Shown here: positions 1 through 10,717 of the stretch, piece after piece
Layout of the letters: each line of letters starts with the position of its first letter
How positions within the stretch are numbered: position 1 is the first letter of the stretch
Virus record (IMG/VR): IMGVR_UViG_3300010430_000018
Coordinates: 18,421-82,420 of that record
DNA from: a virus
Length of the DNA stretch: 64,000 nucleotides
Direction: 5' to 3' (one strand)
Notes under the pieces: generated by a model
Database searches by the model: none
What the model saw: only the letters and a program-made list of their open reading frames with translations
What the model was told of the DNA's origin: nothing
Position numbers and translations under genes: made by a program

Positions 1-2
1 TT

Positions 3-3000
3 AGAACTGAGTTTGCTAGAATAAACAGAGAAGCAAATAATGCAACAAAAACTCAAGAAGATATATTAGGATATACTGACGGAAGAGCACTTACATTTTT
101 TAACACTAAGACATTAATGTCTGAAGAACAACAGACTTTTCTTATTAACGCAGCAATTCAAGCAGGTAATGCAGGTAATGTTATCACACTAGATGATGCT
201 TTAGCAGGAACAGTGACAGTTGCACAACAAACTGGTGAGGTTACCAATGAGGTATCTGGAATGACAGCATTAAGAGAAGGTGTAGTTGATAGCTTAGAAA
301 GCCGTTTTCAAGTATTTGAACAGTTAATAGATGAATTAAAAATAGAAGACCAAATATCTAATCAAGTAAAATCAGGTCCTATTATAGCAGCTGGTGTAAG
401 TAGAACTGCTCTTGTACAATCTGCTTCATTATTAAATCTTAATGATAACTACAGACATAATCTTAAACAGATATTTTTTAATGATGCTATAAATTCATAC
501 TCTATAAATGAGATTCTTTTAGGTGATCAAGCTGTTTCTTTAAAAGATTCAGTAGATCAGATTAAAAGAGCTAAAATGCAAAACGGTGCATACTATAGTG
601 CATACTCAGCTATAACGGCTCCATCTCATGGTGTTATCCATCCTGTAGATGATATAAGTTTAGTTACATTAGAAGAACCGGAAGACAGTGGAATTGATAT
701 TGCCGATGCTCAAATGTATATTACAACAAAAGCATTTAGATATATGTGGTTTGGTTTTGGTAAATTAACAGCAGCTCAAGCTGAATTGATTAATAGAATT
801 GAGACAGGTCAAACAATAACTTCTGATTCAGTATTTGGAAATGAAGCTACACCTGAAGGTTATGCTAAGATGCAAGCATTATTAAATTCCAAAAAGTTTG
901 TTTATGGTGATGGAAGTACATTTCTTAAAATGTCTGCTTTTACTTTAACACCAGAATATACATCTATATGGGATGGAGATATAAAGATGTGGTTGCCAAA
1001 ACCGGGACTGGAATCACTTCATAATCTAAGGGTAAAGTTAGAAGCTATTGAAAAAGAAAAAGAAACAATTGCAATTGCTGCTCCATTAAGTGCAGTTAAA
1101 ATGAAAAAACAACGTGTTAATTCACTTGAAGAACTAGCCGATGGTAATCCATTTACCAAGGGTTATACTACATTAGATGCTAGATTTATGGGTCTACAAC
1201 AATTAAATCCATCTAATAAATTAGAGCAAGTTGATCCTACACAAATAAAACAGATATTAACATCTGAACAAAATGATAATCAATTTGTTCCAGCATTAAA
1301 TATGACTGTTGGTGAAATTAGAACAGAATATAATAAAGCTGTATCAGAAAGAGTTACTTTAAGATTTAAAGATAAAAGAAATTTAATATTTAGTTTTGAT
1401 GGTGCAATGGATGAATTAAGCATATCTCAAGCTTCTGGTAAAGTTACACCTAAGCTTGCTGCATTTTTAGAGTTTGCATTAAGCGGTCTTAAAGCCTCAC
1501 AATCTAGTAGCCAGATACTTGAATTCTTTTCTATGACTGGTGGAGTACCAAATTATAACTTAAATAATCAAATCACAGTAAGAAAGTTTGAGCAATTATT
1601 TTTAAGCTACTTTAGTAAAGGGGTATTTTCAGAAAGAACACCTGGCTTAGGTCTTACATTAGTATCAGACTTTGGAAATAAAGTTTATAGGAGAGTATTT
1701 GAAATTAAAGATGGAATACCAATTAGATCTGAAATTATAAGAAGAGCTGCTTGGCAAGGAAATGAAAATGATTTACTTAATATTGATTCTTTAACACAAG
1801 AGAATATAGGTCCAGAAGGCGTTGTTGTATTAGATAGATTAAGACATGGTGTAATGGAATATGATGCTAATGGTGAACCTACAGGTCAAAGATATACTGA
1901 GATGATGATGCCATCACATCATAAATCTGTAATGGATTTAATTGAAAATACACCTTCAGCAACTATGCCTGAAGTAATATCAAAAATGTTTGGTGTAAGA
2001 ATACCATCTCAAGATAATCACTCAGCAATGAATATTAAATGGGTTGATTTTATGCCTGTGTATTTTGGTTCATCAGCAATGTTTGCTAGAGAATTAATTG
2101 AGGTATCTGGTGCAGATTTTGATATTGATAAAGTCTTTGCACAGTTTAAAGACTTCTATGTAAAAGATGGAGAATTTTTTGAGTATGGTAATAAAAATAC
2201 AGTTGAAGAAAATTATTCAGATTATATTAGATATGTAAATACTAATGTAAGTAAGTCTGGAACAATATACTCTGAAGCTTATTTAACTTATGATGAAAAT
2301 TTAGATGCAGCTAAAATTGAAAATAGCCTTTCAGAATCTGAAGAAAAAGCATACTATCAATTTCTAACAAAACAAAATATTGTTACAGATGCAGGATTAA
2401 AAGAAGCAGGTGTAAAGGCATTACAAATGCTTGGTTTACCTATTACCAAAGCACAATACGGTGAGTATGTTGCTAAATTTGGTGAACCATATGCTGCTCC
2501 ATTAAATAACAAAATTTTAGATTATAAATATGCATTACTTGGAAATGATAGTGTAGCATCTGGAGAAAATCCTATTTCTTATTCACCTGCTACATTAGAT
2601 ATACTTGAAACTACATTATCATTATTAGCTGAAGAATCAAAATTATTTGAGAATAGAATGTTAGAGGAAAATAATGATGTAGATGATTTGGTTGGTAAGA
2701 TACTTGCTTTCAAAGCAAATAAAGGAGCTTCAATTGGAGCTGCTGTATTACCTAATTTATATCTGAGTTTGTTAACTGAATATGATATTGATTTAAAAAG
2801 CCCAATTAGCATAGATGGTGTTACTTACGACTCATTTAAATATACTATAGAAAAAAAGAATGAGGGTAATCAAAGAAAACAAGATACAATATCCTCTCTT
2901 ATTACTATGGCTACAGATAATGCTAAAGAGCGTTTGTTTTCTAAGCTGGGTTTAAATAGACATGCATTAGGTTTGGTATCAATGATGACTTCATTAAGTG

Positions 3001-4946
3001 TACCTATTAGAACATCTATATTATTAATAAACAATCCCGTTATACAAGATTTGTATTCTCAAGCATTAAACAAAAAAGATAAGTTTGATCCGGGCATTGA
3101 AAAATTAGTAGAAAACAAAATAAAGGAATTAGTTGAAGATGGATCTAAATCAACATTAAAAGTTAACGATGAATTATTACTAAATGCCATTAATGAACCA
3201 GAGGGGGTAAGTGATCAAGATACTGTAAGTATACTGTCAAAGTTTAAAGAGTTTATGGATCTTGAAACTTTTACAAATAAAATGAGTGCACCCACAAGTC
3301 TTACTAAAGGTCTAGGTAAAGATATTGCAACTGTATTAGATAAGAAAAAAGATATACAAACTTTGCTTGATCCCAAAGCTCCACTAGATTTAACTAAAAT
3401 TTATAGCAGTAATACATGGAATAGTACATATTTAAAGTTGTTTAAACAGCTTACTGATGAATTATTACCGGTAACATTTTTAAGTAGTTCACCTGTTTTT
3501 CAAGATATATTAGATAATGTAGTTGACAATATAGATACAAGGCCTACAACATTAAAAACAGAAGACGTGCAAAATATTGCATTGGATCTTTTATCTTATC
3601 TTAATATAAAAGGTTATCAGTATAATCTTTTACAAAACGGGACGCTTAATGAAAAAGTATTAAGTAATGATTTAATATATCCTAATTCAGATAGATCTAT
3701 TGTTGATGTTATAAATGAAATAAAAGAAGTATTAGAATCAAAAAATGAATCAAATTTCTTTATTGATAATTTTGTTATACCAGAATCTGCATCCGATGTA
3801 GGTAATAATTCAGGTCTTAATATAGCAATGGCTAATACATTTAGAAACTTATCTGCTCCACAAAAGGTGGATTTACAAAATAGCTTTGCACAACTATATG
3901 GCTCTCTTGATACTAAAAATCAAGCTCAGACAATAATTAACTATATCATGGTTAAAGATGGGTTACAATTAAGATATGGTAGTTTATTAGAAGCAATTGC
4001 CCCATTTACAATAAATAAATTTTTATCCCATATTAATACTGTTGAACAAGCGGTTAGAGGAGATGTTTCTTTTGAATCTGTATTTGGGATATCTCAACAA
4101 GAGTTAACAAAAGAATTTACAGAAGGTTTTCTTGAGTCTAACATTAATGGATCAAAGCTTTGGACTTTTAAAAGGTCTACAGTAACGGGAAGTTTAAAAA
4201 AGGGAGTTCAAGTAAAAGACAATGAAGTAACAGTAAACTGGATGGCAGTTGGTTTAAGTAGAGATGTTATACCAAACTATGTTAGAATTGTTGATGTACA
4301 AGGTGTAATCAAAACATATAAGTTAGATTCAGAATCTAAAACATATAAGGAAATAGATCCGTTTGGTTCTAATCAACAAACACATATTGGTTTTATGTTT
4401 GGACCTAGACCTACGTATAAAGAAGTAAGAGCTTTTGTAGATTCTAAAAATGGAACAACACAAAAAGATCCATCAGATTTTACAGTAGCAATAGATGATG
4501 CCGTAGCAATACAAGAGGAAATATTAAAAGCTGATAATGTAAATATTGAGGCAAATGAAAATAGTATTGAAGTACAACTTGATCCTGAAGCAACTATGAC
4601 TAATGTTGCTGACACAGCATTACTGTTAGAGCAACTTGGGTTAAATCAAGATGCACAAGATCAAAGTGAATTAGAAGCAAATGTTATTGATAATGTTGAT
4701 ACATCATTACCTGAAATAGATGAGGTGGAAAGCCTGATGACTTTAGATTTTGAAATGGAACTAGAAGAACAATTTCCAACACTTACTAATTTTTGGGATG
4801 CTAACATACAAGGAAATAAAGAAGCAATGGCATCTTTGAGAGAAAATAATATCCTATCTTTGGAAGACTTCATTGATGAATATAATAACGGAATCTATGA
4901 AAATGAAGAAAGTTTCATAGATCAAATTAAAAAATGTAATTTATAA
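3..4946 (+). CDS. Giant virion-packaged two-barrel RNA polymerase (crAss-like), 5'-truncated by the window
   Basis: Catalytic motif SGADFDIDK preceded by RIPSQ. The frame is open from nt 3, so the ORF-track start at 117 is internal. Size and position match the Crassvirales vRNAP. Confidence 0.9.
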   Translation, partial: RTEFARINREANNATKTQEDILGYTDGRALTFFNTKTLMSEEQQTFLINAAIQAGNAGNVITLDDALAGTVTVAQQTGEVTNEVSGMTALREGVVDSLESRFQVFEQLIDELKIEDQISNQVKSGPIIAAGVSRTALVQSASLLNLNDNYRHNLKQIFFNDAINSYSINEILLGDQAVSLKDSVDQIKRAKMQNGAYYSAYSAITAPSHGVIHPVDDISLVTLEEPEDSGIDIADAQMYITTKAFRYMWFGFGKLTAAQAELINRIETGQTITSDSVFGNEATPEGYAKMQALLNSKKFVYGDGSTFLKMSAFTLTPEYTSIWDGDIKMWLPKPGLESLHNLRVKLEAIEKEKETIAIAAPLSAVKMKKQRVNSLEELADGNPFTKGYTTLDARFMGLQQLNPSNKLEQVDPTQIKQILTSEQNDNQFVPALNMTVGEIRTEYNKAVSERVTLRFKDKRNLIFSFDGAMDELSISQASGKVTPKLAAFLEFALSGLKASQSSSQILEFFSMTGGVPNYNLNNQITVRKFEQLFLSYFSKGVFSERTPGLGLTLVSDFGNKVYRRVFEIKDGIPIRSEIIRRAAWQGNENDLLNIDSLTQENIGPEGVVVLDRLRHGVMEYDANGEPTGQRYTEMMMPSHHKSVMDLIENTPSATMPEVISKMFGVRIPSQDNHSAMNIKWVDFMPVYFGSSAMFARELIEVSGADFDIDKVFAQFKDFYVKDGEFFEYGNKNTVEENYSDYIRYVNTNVSKSGTIYSEAYLTYDENLDAAKIENSLSESEEKAYYQFLTKQNIVTDAGLKEAGVKALQMLGLPITKAQYGEYVAKFGEPYAAPLNNKILDYKYALLGNDSVASGENPISYSPATLDILETTLSLLAEESKLFENRMLEENNDVDDLVGKILAFKANKGASIGAAVLPNLYLSLLTEYDIDLKSPISIDGVTYDSFKYTIEKKNEGNQRKQDTISSLITMATDNAKERLFSKLGLNRHALGLVSMMTSLSVPIRTSILLINNPVIQDLYSQALNKKDKFDPGIEKLVENKIKELVEDGSKSTLKVNDELLLNAINEPEGVSDQDTVSILSKFKEFMDLETFTNKMSAPTSLTKGLGKDIATVLDKKKDIQTLLDPKAPLDLTKIYSSNTWNSTYLKLFKQLTDELLPVTFLSSSPVFQDILDNVVDNIDTRPTTLKTEDVQNIALDLLSYLNIKGYQYNLLQNGTLNEKVLSNDLIYPNSDRSIVDVINEIKEVLESKNESNFFIDNFVIPESASDVGNNSGLNIAMANTFRNLSAPQKVDLQNSFAQLYGSLDTKNQAQTIINYIMVKDGLQLRYGSLLEAIAPFTINKFLSHINTVEQAVRGDVSFESVFGISQQELTKEFTEGFLESNINGSKLWTFKRSTVTGSLKKGVQVKDNEVTVNWMAVGLSRDVIPNYVRIVDVQGVIKTYKLDSESKTYKEIDPFGSNQQTHIGFMFGPRPTYKEVRAFVDSKNGTTQKDPSDFTVAIDDAVAIQEEILKADNVNIEANENSIEVQLDPEATMTNVADTALLLEQLGLNQDAQDQSELEANVIDNVDTSLPEIDEVESLMTLDFEMELEEQFPTLTNFWDANIQGNKEAMASLRENNILSLEDFIDEYNNGIYENEESFIDQIKKCNL

Positions 4947-4949
4947 GTC

Positions 4950-7900
4950 ATGGCTAGATGTCCTAACAAAAATACTGCAGAATATAAAGTATTACAGAAT
5001 GTATACAAAACAGAGATTGCTACAAACAATGTTATAAATCAGTGGCAAGATCTTAATAATGTAGACATTTTTCCTACCGTGCTTGAAGCTGCTGATTTTG
5101 TAAGTAATCAAAAATTATTATTTGCTTTAAAACAAAGAAATTTTTCTGAAAGCCTATTAAATAATTTAAGAAGAGAAAGAATAGGTCATAGCTTTCAAAA
5201 TCAATTTTATATAAATAATTCAAATCCTAATACACAAGAGTATGATGAGTTTTATTTAAATAGTAATTTAAAAAGACTTAAAAGATATCTTTCTATAAAT
5301 AATATTCCAGAAAATAGAGTAACTATTGAAAGAACACCACAATCATATAGAGTTATTGTAAATGAAGATATGTTTACAACTAAAGATATGATTGAATCAT
5401 CAAGGGCTTGGGATACCCCTAGAGCCAGAGCAGTTGTAATGCATCTTAAAAGAATGTTTCCTCAAGTCAATGTTCAAATGTTATCTGTATCTGATGCTGA
5501 GGCTATGTATAACGAAATGCCATCATGGAAAAAAAGCAATGTTCCTTTTGATAAGGTGAGATCTTTTTATGTAGACGGAACAGCATATTTAATAAAAGGA
5601 AGAGTAACAAATGAAGTAGCAATAGAAGAAATGCTACATCCATTTATAGATGCAATTAAAGTAGATAATCAAACATTATTTGATAATTTATTAGCTGAAG
5701 CAAGAATTAATTTTCCAGAGATGGTACAAGAAATTACTGATTCATATAATAAAGAAAGACGCTTTAGTGAAACAGACAGAAATCTAGAGATAGTTACACA
5801 AGCATTAGCTAGACATTTTAGAGAAGAATATGAAACTACACCAACAAGTAGATTTTCAAATTTAATACAAGATGTGTTAGAGTGGTTTATGAATGTTATA
5901 AACAACTTAAATGAATATCTTACAGGGAGATCAGCACCGGTATCTGCAATAAATTCAGACACCAACTTTACTGATCTTGCTAAACTCTTAAATACCGAAG
6001 GCATTCAATTCAAACTTGAGAAAAGAGTAAATGGTAAAATTAGATATAACCTTTCTCCACAAAAGAAAAAGGCTTTAGACATACAAAGGAATTCAGCAAA
6101 TGGTGTACAAAAAATTATACTAGATAAAATGTTTCATGTTGCACAGACAACAGAAACAGATATTGATTTTTTATCAGCAAATCTAAAAGATACCTCTGAT
6201 GGGTCAATTGTTATTCTTAATGAAAAAGATCATACATATTATAATATAAATACCGGTGAACAATATACTTCTGTCACTACGGCTATAAAAGGTAAACTAA
6301 AAAATCAAGAAGATGTACAATTAAATCTTGACTTAGGTAATGATGTAGATGCTTTATTAGATGCTATTATTGCTGGTGAAGCTTTAGATAGTGTAAGTTT
6401 AAGTTTGCTTACACCTGAAATTGCTAATCAAGTATACAATCAATTAGAATCAAGTTTAAAATTTTTGATGCCTGAAGATTCAATAGCACTATCTCAAGTA
6501 GTTCTTTTTGATGATGCCACTAAAACAGCAGGTACAGTTGATTTAATGATTATTGACAAAAACGGTAAAATTAGAATATTAGATTTAAAGACAAGTAAGA
6601 ATTCAATTCAATCTAAATACTTTAGACCAACAAAAGGTGGATCATTAACACTTAAAAAATATGATAAATCTTGGGATTTGAGTTCTGAAAGCTTACTATA
6701 TCAGAAAGGAGTTCAATCATTATCTACTAGAGAGCAACATAATTTACAGGTTAACATCTACAGAAGGATGGCTGAAAATATGGGGTATCAAGTATATGAA
6801 GGTGATTATGCAGCTGCAACTATACACTTTGTAGCAGATATAACTGGCAAAGGTAAAGATCAAAAGTTTGGTGGTAAGATTCAAGCAGATGGTGTTGTGG
6901 ATCACCCGCCTAGCCAGAACTTAGATATGGTAAATATGATTGTCCCTGAATCATTAGATTCTGCAAACAAAACAAAAAAGCTTGAAGAGGCTATTGCAGA
7001 TCAATATAATGCACCATTTGTTCCAGAAGATCAATTTAAAAAAGATGAAGAAATAGCAGATAATATAGATATAAATGATTATCCTGAATATAATACTATT
7101 TTAGGTGCATTAGAAACTTATAGAATTGGTTTGATCAAAAAGAGAGATGCTATTGATTCTGTAAGAAGTAGTGTCTTTATGGATAGAAGTCAAAAGGATA
7201 TGAAAGAAGATATTGCAAGTCATCTTGCATATATTGGGATTGCTATTGCAGAAGGTCCTGTATCTCAATCTCAGGCATATTCAGCATTGTTAAGAGATGC
7301 TCTTAAACAAATTAAAGCATTTACAGAATATGTTGAAAATCCTGAAAATTTTGCTAAACCGGAGTTTATTACTTATGTAAATAATTTTGACAGATTTATC
7401 AAAACATTTGAAGGTTTATATTCTATTGAAGAGTCTGGTGAATTAAATGCAACTCAAAGATCTTTACTATTATCACTACAACTTTCTTTAAATAAACTAG
7501 CCGGTAGCCAAACTGATGGGGCAGGTATTATTAATGAAGCAGTATCTAACTTTGTTACTGAACAAGTAAGGCTTAATTCTAACAATGATTTTGGTGGTGT
7601 GGGTAGTGCATTTACTGAGCAAGATCTTATAGATCTAATAGAAGGCAATGGTGTTAAAGATATTGATACAGTTGCGTTACAAACTAGAGACATGGCAACA
7701 TCTCCAAAAGTTTTACTTGCTGTAATGGATAGATTATTCAAAGCTAAAAAACAAAGGTTGTTAGATAATATAGGATCTAGAAATGAGATATTAGCAAAAA
7801 CATCAAATAAACTTCTTAAACTTTCACCTACTGATGATAGACAAAAGATTTATGATTTTATGCATGAATCTGATGGTAGATACGTTAAACCCATTGGTCA

Positions 7901-10622
7901 ACAGTATTATGATCTACAAGATGAATTACGTAGTGTACTTTACGACAATGAAGGTCATCCTTATGTTTATAATGATATTACTGATTTAGATTCAGCATCA
8001 CAAGAAGATATTAATTATAACATCAAGTTAGCAAATGATAAAAGAGCATTTAGTCAGTTTTTTGCTGCTGAGGCAAAAGATGAAGATGGTAATTTAGTTG
8101 ACGGAATGTACCATAGATACACATCAGAATTTAAAGAAGAAAGAAAAAAATATGAATATTGGACACCAGGTACAGAAAATAATCCATATGGAACTTGGAG
8201 AAGAAAGAACTCAAGAACTATTTCAGATAAAGAGTATTCAATATATGAAGCAAAATATTATGATATAATTGACTACACCAAAGCACAACGTAATTCATTA
8301 GGTGAAGCAACTGGTATAGTAGTGCGTGGTCAAACATTTAGAGCTGTAAAAGAACAGTATAGAGATGTACGTTTAGAAACCGCTGATGGTAGAGATATGG
8401 CTAGTGCTAAATACAGATCTATAATGAATCCTACAGATGCATTAGGACAAGCACAAAAAGAATTCTATGATATGTATATAGATATATATGAAAATGATTT
8501 ATTAAAGAAGCTTCCCGTAGGCATTATGACACAAATGATGGGTAGAACTCCTTTGGTAAAGAATAATTTTATAGAGGATCTTAAAAAGCGCCCAAGCTTT
8601 TTTACAAGGGCATATGCAAAAACGATTGGTAATGAGGCCTGGAAAATATTCCAATCAACTTCACAACAACGAGGTATAGTAACTGATGAAAATGGAAACT
8701 TAATAAGTTCATTACCTATTTATTATGTTGGCAGACCAAGGCTTGAAGGTGAGTTAGAAGATATACAAAAACAAATAGTTACTTTACAAGATAAGAAAAA
8801 GAAAGGTTTAATTGGACCATCTGCTTATTCTAAAGAACTTGCTGAACTAAAAGGTAAAGAGTCAAAACTACTTGCTCAACCAGCAACAAATGAAATTAGC
8901 AGAGATCTTGGTGAATCATTAATGAAGTTTAGTGCTATGGCAGAAAACTATGAGGTGATGGGTACTATTGAAGATACTCTTCTTGCTTTTGTAAATGTAA
9001 TTGAAAAAAGAGAATATCAACCCGCTGATCCTGCTATAACAACAGGGACAAGAATAGATGGTGCTTTTCAAGAAAGAGGTATAATAAAAGGTGCAGACTC
9101 AAATATATTAAGGAAAGCAAAGAAGTGGATGTCTATGACCTATTATCAAGAAGATAGTATGAGTAAAGGGGCAGTAGATAAAATATCAGACGGATTAATT
9201 CAACTATCTTCATTATCTTATGTAGCATTTAACCCTTTTGGTAACTTTAATAACTACGTTATTGGTAGAATTAACAATAATATAGAAATGCTTGGTTCAA
9301 GATTTTTTAGCAAAAAATCATATAGAAGAGCAACTTGGGAGTTTAACAAAAGAGCAGTTCCAGATTTAGTCCAAAGATCTTCTTATGTTGTTGGTGATTT
9401 AGGAGATGTACTAACTTTTGGGTTAGTTCCGGGATTACAAAATTCAACATATGATGCTAAGAAACCTAATAGTAAATATGAAGCATTTGTTGATATGTTT
9501 AGAATGATGGATAAAATGTCAGATCTACGTGAACAAACAACAGATACAAGCACTGGCAGGAGTTGGTTTTCTAAAGCAAGTGAATGGGGATATATACTTC
9601 AAGATGCTGCAGAATATAATGTTCAAACTAAAGTTGGTATGGCAATATTAATGGATACTCAACTTAAAAATAGTGAAACGGGTGAATCAATGTCTTTATA
9701 TGATGCTTTTATATATGACTCTAAAACGCACAAAAATAAAATAAAAGATGGTTTTGATACTGTAATAAAAAGAAATGGACAAGAGGTACCATATACTGAT
9801 GAATTCAGATATGAAATAAGAAATGAAATAAGAGAGGTGAATAAACAAATTCATGGTAACTATGCAAAAGAAGATAGAGTTGTTATGCAAAGTACTACCA
9901 TAGGTAAATTAGCTTTTCAATTTCATAAATGGGTTGCTCCAGCTATTAGAGCAAGATATCAAAGAGAATATTTTGATCAGAACTTAGGTTGGATGGAAGG
10001 AAGATATATATCTGCATTTAAGTTTTTAAATTATGTTAAGGGTGAGTTAGTAAAAGGTAATAAAGAATTTTCTAAATATGATGAAGGTTTCTTAGAAGCC
10101 TATGGTTATACAGGTGAAGGTGGTAATTTAGACCAAAGAGCTAAAAATAAACTATATGGGTTTTATAGAAGTATGGGTGAGATAGGTATTATGTTATCTA
10201 CTTTTGTTTTATCTCAAGTATTATCAAGTTTACTAGCCGGTGAAGATGATGATAGTGATACAACTAAAAGGTTAAAGAATATAATAAGATACCAGGCAGA
10301 TAGAACTTATAAGGAACTTGTAATGTTTACACCATTACCTGATGGTTTAGAGCAGCAATATCAAATGTTTAAATCACCAATAGCAGCAACAAGAACTATG
10401 GGTGAATTAGGTGAAGCAATATCATTAAGTATAACAACACCAATGGCGTATTTGTATTATAGTGATGAGGAGTTTAGAACTAACTCTAATTATGTATATC
10501 AACAAAAACCTAGAAAAGGACAACTTAAAGTTTATAAAAACTGGAAAGATGTAATTCCTATTCTATATTCTATACAAAAGTATGATGCTTACTTAAGAAT
10601 GAACAACTACTTCATTAAATAA
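4950..10622 (+). CDS. Giant virion/ejection protein with a PD-(D/E)xK nuclease-like domain and a degenerate zincin-like motif
   Basis: 1890 aa, directly after the RNAP gene. Contains GTVDLMIID...ILDLKTS...QVNIY (PD-(D/E)xK) and IEEMLHPF (HExxH-like). Confidence 0.75.
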   Translation: MARCPNKNTAEYKVLQNVYKTEIATNNVINQWQDLNNVDIFPTVLEAADFVSNQKLLFALKQRNFSESLLNNLRRERIGHSFQNQFYINNSNPNTQEYDEFYLNSNLKRLKRYLSINNIPENRVTIERTPQSYRVIVNEDMFTTKDMIESSRAWDTPRARAVVMHLKRMFPQVNVQMLSVSDAEAMYNEMPSWKKSNVPFDKVRSFYVDGTAYLIKGRVTNEVAIEEMLHPFIDAIKVDNQTLFDNLLAEARINFPEMVQEITDSYNKERRFSETDRNLEIVTQALARHFREEYETTPTSRFSNLIQDVLEWFMNVINNLNEYLTGRSAPVSAINSDTNFTDLAKLLNTEGIQFKLEKRVNGKIRYNLSPQKKKALDIQRNSANGVQKIILDKMFHVAQTTETDIDFLSANLKDTSDGSIVILNEKDHTYYNINTGEQYTSVTTAIKGKLKNQEDVQLNLDLGNDVDALLDAIIAGEALDSVSLSLLTPEIANQVYNQLESSLKFLMPEDSIALSQVVLFDDATKTAGTVDLMIIDKNGKIRILDLKTSKNSIQSKYFRPTKGGSLTLKKYDKSWDLSSESLLYQKGVQSLSTREQHNLQVNIYRRMAENMGYQVYEGDYAAATIHFVADITGKGKDQKFGGKIQADGVVDHPPSQNLDMVNMIVPESLDSANKTKKLEEAIADQYNAPFVPEDQFKKDEEIADNIDINDYPEYNTILGALETYRIGLIKKRDAIDSVRSSVFMDRSQKDMKEDIASHLAYIGIAIAEGPVSQSQAYSALLRDALKQIKAFTEYVENPENFAKPEFITYVNNFDRFIKTFEGLYSIEESGELNATQRSLLLSLQLSLNKLAGSQTDGAGIINEAVSNFVTEQVRLNSNNDFGGVGSAFTEQDLIDLIEGNGVKDIDTVALQTRDMATSPKVLLAVMDRLFKAKKQRLLDNIGSRNEILAKTSNKLLKLSPTDDRQKIYDFMHESDGRYVKPIGQQYYDLQDELRSVLYDNEGHPYVYNDITDLDSASQEDINYNIKLANDKRAFSQFFAAEAKDEDGNLVDGMYHRYTSEFKEERKKYEYWTPGTENNPYGTWRRKNSRTISDKEYSIYEAKYYDIIDYTKAQRNSLGEATGIVVRGQTFRAVKEQYRDVRLETADGRDMASAKYRSIMNPTDALGQAQKEFYDMYIDIYENDLLKKLPVGIMTQMMGRTPLVKNNFIEDLKKRPSFFTRAYAKTIGNEAWKIFQSTSQQRGIVTDENGNLISSLPIYYVGRPRLEGELEDIQKQIVTLQDKKKKGLIGPSAYSKELAELKGKESKLLAQPATNEISRDLGESLMKFSAMAENYEVMGTIEDTLLAFVNVIEKREYQPADPAITTGTRIDGAFQERGIIKGADSNILRKAKKWMSMTYYQEDSMSKGAVDKISDGLIQLSSLSYVAFNPFGNFNNYVIGRINNNIEMLGSRFFSKKSYRRATWEFNKRAVPDLVQRSSYVVGDLGDVLTFGLVPGLQNSTYDAKKPNSKYEAFVDMFRMMDKMSDLREQTTDTSTGRSWFSKASEWGYILQDAAEYNVQTKVGMAILMDTQLKNSETGESMSLYDAFIYDSKTHKNKIKDGFDTVIKRNGQEVPYTDEFRYEIRNEIREVNKQIHGNYAKEDRVVMQSTTIGKLAFQFHKWVAPAIRARYQREYFDQNLGWMEGRYISAFKFLNYVKGELVKGNKEFSKYDEGFLEAYGYTGEGGNLDQRAKNKLYGFYRSMGEIGIMLSTFVLSQVLSSLLAGEDDDSDTTKRLKNIIRYQADRTYKELVMFTPLPDGLEQQYQMFKSPIAATRTMGELGEAISLSITTPMAYLYYSDEEFRTNSNYVYQQKPRKGQLKVYKNWKDVIPILYSIQKYDAYLRMNNYFIK

Positions 10623-10717
10623 GACAAATTTACAGTTAAAATGTTTTAATAACTGAGAGATATTCTCTATATTATAGTATAAACCAACTGAATTTAAAAT
10701 AATATTAATATTTAAAT

